Positions 60,032-64,000 of a DNA stretch of 64,000 nucleotides are shown piece after piece (the first letter of the stretch is position 1; each line of letters opens with the position of its first letter). The translations under genes were made by a program, and so were the position numbers. The notes beneath the pieces were generated by a model, which searched no databases, had not been told where the DNA came from, and worked only from the letters and a program-made list of their open reading frames with translations. Source of the DNA: an uncultured bacterium (GTDB lineage Bacteria > Bacteroidota > Rhodothermia > Rhodothermales > DASSAV01); NCBI GenBank assembly GCA_966250015.1, contig CBINFS010000001.1, positions 231,309 through 295,308 on the forward strand, read 5' to 3'.

Positions 60032-60976
60032 TCAGCCGAGACCTTCGACGAAACCTTGCCTCCAGGTGGGGTAGGTCAGCGTCCAGTCGAGCTCGCGTTT
60101 GGCCTTCAGGTTCGATCCGCCGCGGCTCTCGGTCATGATCGCTACGCCTTCTTCACCCATCAGGAACTTCGCGATCCAGGTCGGCACTTTGCGTGGCGGT
60201 TTGGCGCCAAAGACATCCGCCAGGAACGGCAGCCAGACGGAGACGGGAGCGGGCTCGTCGTCGACGATGTTGTAGATACCGGGTGTGCCGCGATCCATTG
60301 CCGCTACCGTTGCGCGGGCGACGTCCTCTATGTGGATGAACGACCAGATGCCGGACCCGTCGCCCACGATGGGGATCATACGTTTACGGACCATGTCGGC
60401 GATGGCGCCGTCCCGGGAGATTCCGGTTCCCGGTCCGTAGAAGAAGCCGCAACGCAGGGCGAAAGCTTCGACGTCGGTGGACATAGACACCGCGTTTTCG
60501 AGGTGGCGGATGGCCGCGAGGGTATTGCGAAACCCGGCCGGCGGATTGGGGTCGAGCGGGTCCTCTTCCGTCTTGATCGGTCCACCCACCGGAGCAAACG
60601 GCCAGCCGCAGAAGCTCTGGGCGATAAAACGGCGGGCGCCAACCTCCCGCGCGGCCAATAGAAGGGTGTCGGTGACCTCGGTGCGGAACCGGTTCGTCAG
60701 CGCGAACTCCTGGTCGAACTTCCTGAAGTCTCCTGAAATGCCTGCGAGAGCCGTGAGATGATGGATGACGACCTCCGGCTCGGCCCTCCTGACCGCAGCC
60801 GTCAGGTCTTCGCGGTTGAGTGGATCGGCAACGACAGGTCTTGCGCCTGCCATCTCGACTTCTTGCCCTTTCTCCGGCGAGCGAACCAGTGCGATGACCT
60901 CGTGCCCATCGGCTACCAGCATGGGTACCAGAACCTTACCAACTGCTCCTGTACTTCCGGCTACAAATACCTTCAT
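60032..60976 (-). CDS. NAD-dependent epimerase/dehydratase family protein
   Basis: VFVAGSTGAVGKVL Rossmann motif and an extended SDR fold. Confidence 0.82.
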   Translation of the reverse strand: MKVFVAGSTGAVGKVLVPMLVADGHEVIALVRSPEKGQEVEMAGARPVVADPLNREDLTAAVRRAEPEVVIHHLTALAGISGDFRKFDQEFALTNRFRTEVTDTLLLAAREVGARRFIAQSFCGWPFAPVGGPIKTEEDPLDPNPPAGFRNTLAAIRHLENAVSMSTDVEAFALRCGFFYGPGTGISRDGAIADMVRKRMIPIVGDGSGIWSFIHIEDVARATVAAMDRGTPGIYNIVDDEPAPVSVWLPFLADVFGAKPPRKVPTWIAKFLMGEEGVAIMTESRGGSNLKAKRELDWTLTYPTWRQGFVEGLG

Positions 60977-60994
60977 GGCTCCATAATTCAGTCA

Positions 60995-61024
60995 ATGAAC
61001 GTTCAGTGTACCGGTGCGGATTGC
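60995..61024 (-). terminator. Hairpin downstream of the RidA gene (candidate terminator)
   Basis: GGTGCGG-attgcacgacgaac-CCGCACC directly after the RidA stop on the minus strand. No clear T-run follows. Confidence 0.4.
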
Positions 61025-61041
61025 ACGACGAACCCGCACCT

Positions 61042-61440
61042 CTACTCTAGATCATTCACGACAAAACAGTCCGCTTCGATCTCAACGAGCCAGTCGGGGT
61101 CGATGAGGCGGCTGACCTCGACGAACGTAGACGCCGGCCGGACGTCAGCAAAGAACTCGCCGTGCGCCCTCGCGGCTTCCTCCCAGCGGGAGACGTCCGT
61201 CAGCATGACGCGGGTGCGGACGACGTCTTTTTTCGATCCCCCTGCTTCCCTCACGGCCTTGAGGATGATCTCGAGGCAGCGGAGAGTCTGGCCGTAGAGG
61301 TCGCCGGGGCAGGCGGTGGATCCGTCGTCTGCGATGGGGGCGGTCCCGGAGACCGAGATGATGGGACCGACACGGACAGCTCTCGAAAAACCGATGGCCG
61401 GCTCGTATGGCGAACCTGAGGAAACGTTTTTGCGAGTCAT
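61042..61440 (-). CDS. ridA: RidA/YjgF family reactive intermediate deaminase
   Basis: YjgF/chorismate-mutase-like fold signature (AVRVGPIISVSGTAP...). The start is taken at MTRKNVSSG. Confidence 0.8.
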   Translation of the reverse strand: MTRKNVSSGSPYEPAIGFSRAVRVGPIISVSGTAPIADDGSTACPGDLYGQTLRCLEIILKAVREAGGSKKDVVRTRVMLTDVSRWEEAARAHGEFFADVRPASTFVEVSRLIDPDWLVEIEADCFVVNDLE

Positions 61441-61638
61441 TTCGGTGGGTAAAAGCGCGATCAGGCCGATCTTAGCGTCTTGGTGAATCGAATCTGCCCG
61501 TCGTCGAGGGTAGCAGGGCGGAGGTTTATGGATTTTAAACTGGGTGAAGGAGCCAAAAGCCGACTTTCTATGCGCGACCAATTACAATTGTTGGAACCAC
61601 GGATCGCTGACAGTAATCATTTCACTTCTGAAAGAGTT

Positions 61639-62088
61639 TTACGCCTCTTCCAGTTCGTCCTCATATTCGATGACGTCATCAGGGCCATTCTTAACGGCTT
61701 CGAGAACGACCATTGGATAACGCATGGCGACGGTCAGAAGTGTACGCGCCGGTCCGCGTGGATCTCGCCGACCCTGTTCCCATTCCTGAAGGGTTCGTTT
61801 GCTTATTCCAAGTAGCTCGGCAAAGCCATCCTGCGTTTGCCGCAACCGTTCCCGGATTTTTCTTATCGGAATCTCACCTTTTGCCGCTCCAACTGGTTTT
61901 CCGTTGAAGGCTTTTTTGAGATCATTTGCGGCACTTTCGAGGTCCCAGGTTACGCGCCCGTTTTCCTTCACTTCAAGCAATACCTTGCCCGAGTACGTGA
62001 ACGTACGGGAAGGAATGCTTTGCCCTTTCTTGATGGCCACCATTTCACGAACGCTTTCTTTGAGCCGTTCGAAATCCCTGGGGTCCAT
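61639..62088 (-). CDS. higA: HigA-2-like antitoxin (XRE-family HTH at C-terminus)
   Basis: N-terminus MDPRDFERLKESVREM and a C-terminal HTH (LRQTQDGFAELLGISKRTLQEWEQGRRDPRGPARTLL) resemble Vibrio HigA-2. It has an ATG start with a GAGAGGTGAG Shine-Dalgarno sequence. Confidence 0.75.
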   Translation of the reverse strand: MDPRDFERLKESVREMVAIKKGQSIPSRTFTYSGKVLLEVKENGRVTWDLESAANDLKKAFNGKPVGAAKGEIPIRKIRERLRQTQDGFAELLGISKRTLQEWEQGRRDPRGPARTLLTVAMRYPMVVLEAVKNGPDDVIEYEDELEEA

Positions 62089-62116
62089 GGCTCACCTCTC
62101 CTGTTTCGTAGCAGCG

Positions 62117-62442
62117 TTATTGCTTTAGTTCCTTCAGGATCGTAACCAACTCTCTTAGCTCCCGCTTCGTCAAGTCCGATTTCTCATTCTTGCTATAGAC
62201 GTCGAGAAAGAAAATTTGGTGGTCGTCGACGAACCAGTAATAGATAACCCGAGCACCTCCACTTTTACCTCGGCCACTCGCCTTGATACGAACCTTTCGC
62301 AAACCGCCGCCGCCACTGATAAGAGGTCCTTATTCGGGATTCTCAATGAGTATAAGCTGAAGCTGCCGATAATCTTCGTCACTTACACGATCGGCGAGTC
62401 GTTTTGTGAAAGATGGTAGTTCGGCAAACTCCAGGGGCCGAG
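62117..62442 (-). pseudogene. higB: HigB-2-like (RelE/ParE superfamily) toxin gene disrupted by in-frame TAA and lacking a start codon
   Basis: The C-terminal half (GGGGLRKVRIKASGRGKSGGARVIYYW...FLDVYSKNEKSDLTKRELREL) and the N-terminal half (FTKRLADRVSDEDYRQLQLILIENPE) lie in the same frame, separated by a TAA at 62330-62332. A further in-frame stop sits at 62443-62445 with no ATG between. Confidence 0.7.
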
Positions 62443-62603
62443 ATTACGGCTTGATGCCGTCTCTCACACGACTCACCACTATTACGTACGGCAATGACGT
62501 ACAAGGGTTTCGAGGTGAATTAACCAATCCGGAGCGCCAAAGACAAGAGGTAAAAGTGAGCTCAGTCGGATGTGCCTTGGACAGGCCTGCAAATGAAAGG
62601 TGC

Positions 62604-62658
62604 TTTCTAAAACGCGAGGATGGCACCCGGTTAAATCATATACCCGGGCGCCATCCTC
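62604..62658 (-). terminator. Terminator after the DUF5916 paralog
   Basis: GAGGATGGCACCCGG-loop-CCCGGGCGCCATCCTC (one mismatch), followed by a U-rich tract on the minus-strand transcript. Confidence 0.7.
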
Positions 62659-62672
62659 AAACCTGAATACTT

Positions 62673-64000
62673 CTACCGCTGGAACAGGTACTGGAACTTG
62701 AAGAACACCTGGCGGCTGGTGCGGATGAAGCCGTAGGGCTCGTCGTACTCGCCGTACCCGTGGGTCGAGCCGACGTAGAACACGGTGAAGGGATTGATCT
62801 TGTACGACAACAGGGGCTCGAGCGACAGCACTTCGTCGAATTCGTTGTACTGGGTGATCAGGCGCACCGAGAGCTCGCGCGAGAACTGGTAGCCCATGCC
62901 GGTACGAAGGATGAAGCCCTCGTAAAACTTCTCGTCGGAATCCAGCTTCTTCAGCCGGGAGTAGTTGAGCGACGAGGAGAAGGTGAGGCGGGGCAACGGC
63001 CTGATCGTCAGGTTTGAACCCGCCGAAAGCCTGCGCCCGGCGACCGGAACGTCTTCGTTCCGCGCGATGTCGCGCCCGAACGACACGTACCCGCCTCCGT
63101 TGATCTTGTCGCTGAAGTTGGTATTGACGTTGACCAGGCCGGTGACCAGCCCGCTGAAGTCGACGTCTTTGTACCGTTCGCGTTTTGCCACGACCTCGGT
63201 ATAGAGGTACGTCTGCCCTTTCAGCTCGGCGCTGAGGCTCGGAACGATTGCCTCGTCCTTTTTCCCCCACCCGTAATCCATCGTCTTGACGAAGAACACG
63301 CCAGGCGACAGGCGGACGAAGAAGCTGTTTTTGGGGTAGACGTGGATGCGCTGGTAGGTCCTCAGCTGGTGCCGGTCGTTCAGCGTCACGAAGCCGTTGT
63401 CGGTGCGGAAGGTCGGGCTGTAGGCGGAGTAGTCGGCCCCGAAGTTCCAGTGTCGCGTGCCGCGGTCGAGGGTGGTATAGAAAGCGAACCCCTGGAACGA
63501 CTCGCCGTCGAAGCCGATCGTGTGCCGGCCGTTGGCGAAGGTGCCCTCGTCGAGGTCTTCGGTCAGCGAGGGGTCGTCCGGCTCCACCGTGCTGCTCAGG
63601 GCGACCTGGGTCTCCAGGGTGTAATTCTTAAAAAACTGCAACCGGAGGTCCGAGCTGATGACGGTACCCGAGCCGCCGTCGAACAGGCGGCGGTCGGTGA
63701 CGATGCCGCCGACGAACGAGTTGTTCCCCAGGGAATGGCGCACGCGCAGGATGTTCGATACGCTACGCCCGGCGGTAACGAGCTCGCTCCGGTCCTGGAA
63801 CGGCATCAGCATCGGTGTGGCGTCGTCGACGGCCGAGAGGAAGCCGATGCGGGTCTGCCCCATCCGGCCGGTCATCTTGGCTGCGGCGATCGGGCTGTTG
63901 ATGGAGCGGGTGTAGACCACGTTCAGCCAGCTATTGAACATGTCGGCGCCTTCCTGGAAGAACGGGCGGCGCTCGGGATAAAAGAGCGCAACGGTCGAGT
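62673..64000 (-). CDS. DUF5916-family outer-membrane/secreted protein, N-terminus beyond window end
   Basis: The frame stays open to the window edge. It has clear similarity to 15877-18081 (ILRVRHSLGNNSFVGGIVTDRRLFDGGSGTVISSDLRLQF vs VLRVRRRFLNDYSFAGGMVTNRIGLDGTYSTAYGLDSNIRLF). Confidence 0.65.
   Translation of the reverse strand, partial: STVALFYPERRPFFQEGADMFNSWLNVVYTRSINSPIAAAKMTGRMGQTRIGFLSAVDDATPMLMPFQDRSELVTAGRSVSNILRVRHSLGNNSFVGGIVTDRRLFDGGSGTVISSDLRLQFFKNYTLETQVALSSTVEPDDPSLTEDLDEGTFANGRHTIGFDGESFQGFAFYTTLDRGTRHWNFGADYSAYSPTFRTDNGFVTLNDRHQLRTYQRIHVYPKNSFFVRLSPGVFFVKTMDYGWGKKDEAIVPSLSAELKGQTYLYTEVVAKRERYKDVDFSGLVTGLVNVNTNFSDKINGGGYVSFGRDIARNEDVPVAGRRLSAGSNLTIRPLPRLTFSSSLNYSRLKKLDSDEKFYEGFILRTGMGYQFSRELSVRLITQYNEFDEVLSLEPLLSYKINPFTVFYVGSTHGYGEYDEPYGFIRTSRQVFFKFQYLFQR

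Noticed and set aside
62482-63270. 262-aa Arg-rich ORF overlapping the DUF5916 paralog in another frame
   Set aside because: Poly-Arg composition (RRRLQRAGHRPGQRQ...) is typical of off-frame translation of GC-rich coding DNA.
1-64000. CRISPR arrays, tRNA/rRNA genes, and transposases/integrases
   Set aside because: No tandem direct repeats with spacers, and no tRNA T-loop/acceptor signatures (GGTTCGAATCC-type strings appear only inside CDSs). No transposase or integrase-like ORFs were found by eye.

Overview
High-GC (~62%) bacterial chromosomal segment whose gene content and short primary sigma-70 suggest a Rhodothermaeota/Bacteroidota-like genome. It is dense (about 50 genes) and mostly housekeeping or envelope genes. 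There are no rRNA or tRNA genes, no CRISPR array, and no obvious transposase, integrase or defence system.

Recognisable genes include an SLT-domain transglycosylase, PccB-like carboxyltransferase, membrane-anchored MsrAB fusion, UvrA, TrpB2, a tandem M16 peptidase pair, flotillin-NfeD, the amtB-glnK operon with an upstream outer-membrane barrel gene, a bacterial type IB topoisomerase overlapping an SDR gene, rpoD, a GH3 amido-synthetase, DinB, folP-cdaA-pcm, a PAS histidine kinase, a P1B metal ATPase, a Tat-secreted GH5 enzyme, a Rieske protein, two SDRs, an amidohydrolase, an epimerase, RidA, and two paralogous CBM9/DUF5916 outer-membrane proteins.

Sequence-level observations worth following up:
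- an ~800 bp non-coding region (11.05-11.85 kb) holding two tandem ~115-nt paralogous elements with conserved boxes, compensatory hairpins, and six copies of an 8-mer GTCAT(T/C)CC or its complement;
- a higBA-2-type toxin-antitoxin locus whose toxin carries an in-frame TAA stop and lacks a start codon, while the antitoxin is intact;
- a ~980-aa outer-membrane protein fusing an HExxH zinc-peptidase domain, a TolB-like beta-propeller and an Omp85-type barrel;
- an ATP-grasp (Ddl-like) ligase next to a KamA-family lysine 2,3-aminomutase;
- a heavy-metal ATPase with CSC in place of the canonical CPC motif.

Many long antisense ORFs are high-GC artefacts and were rejected.
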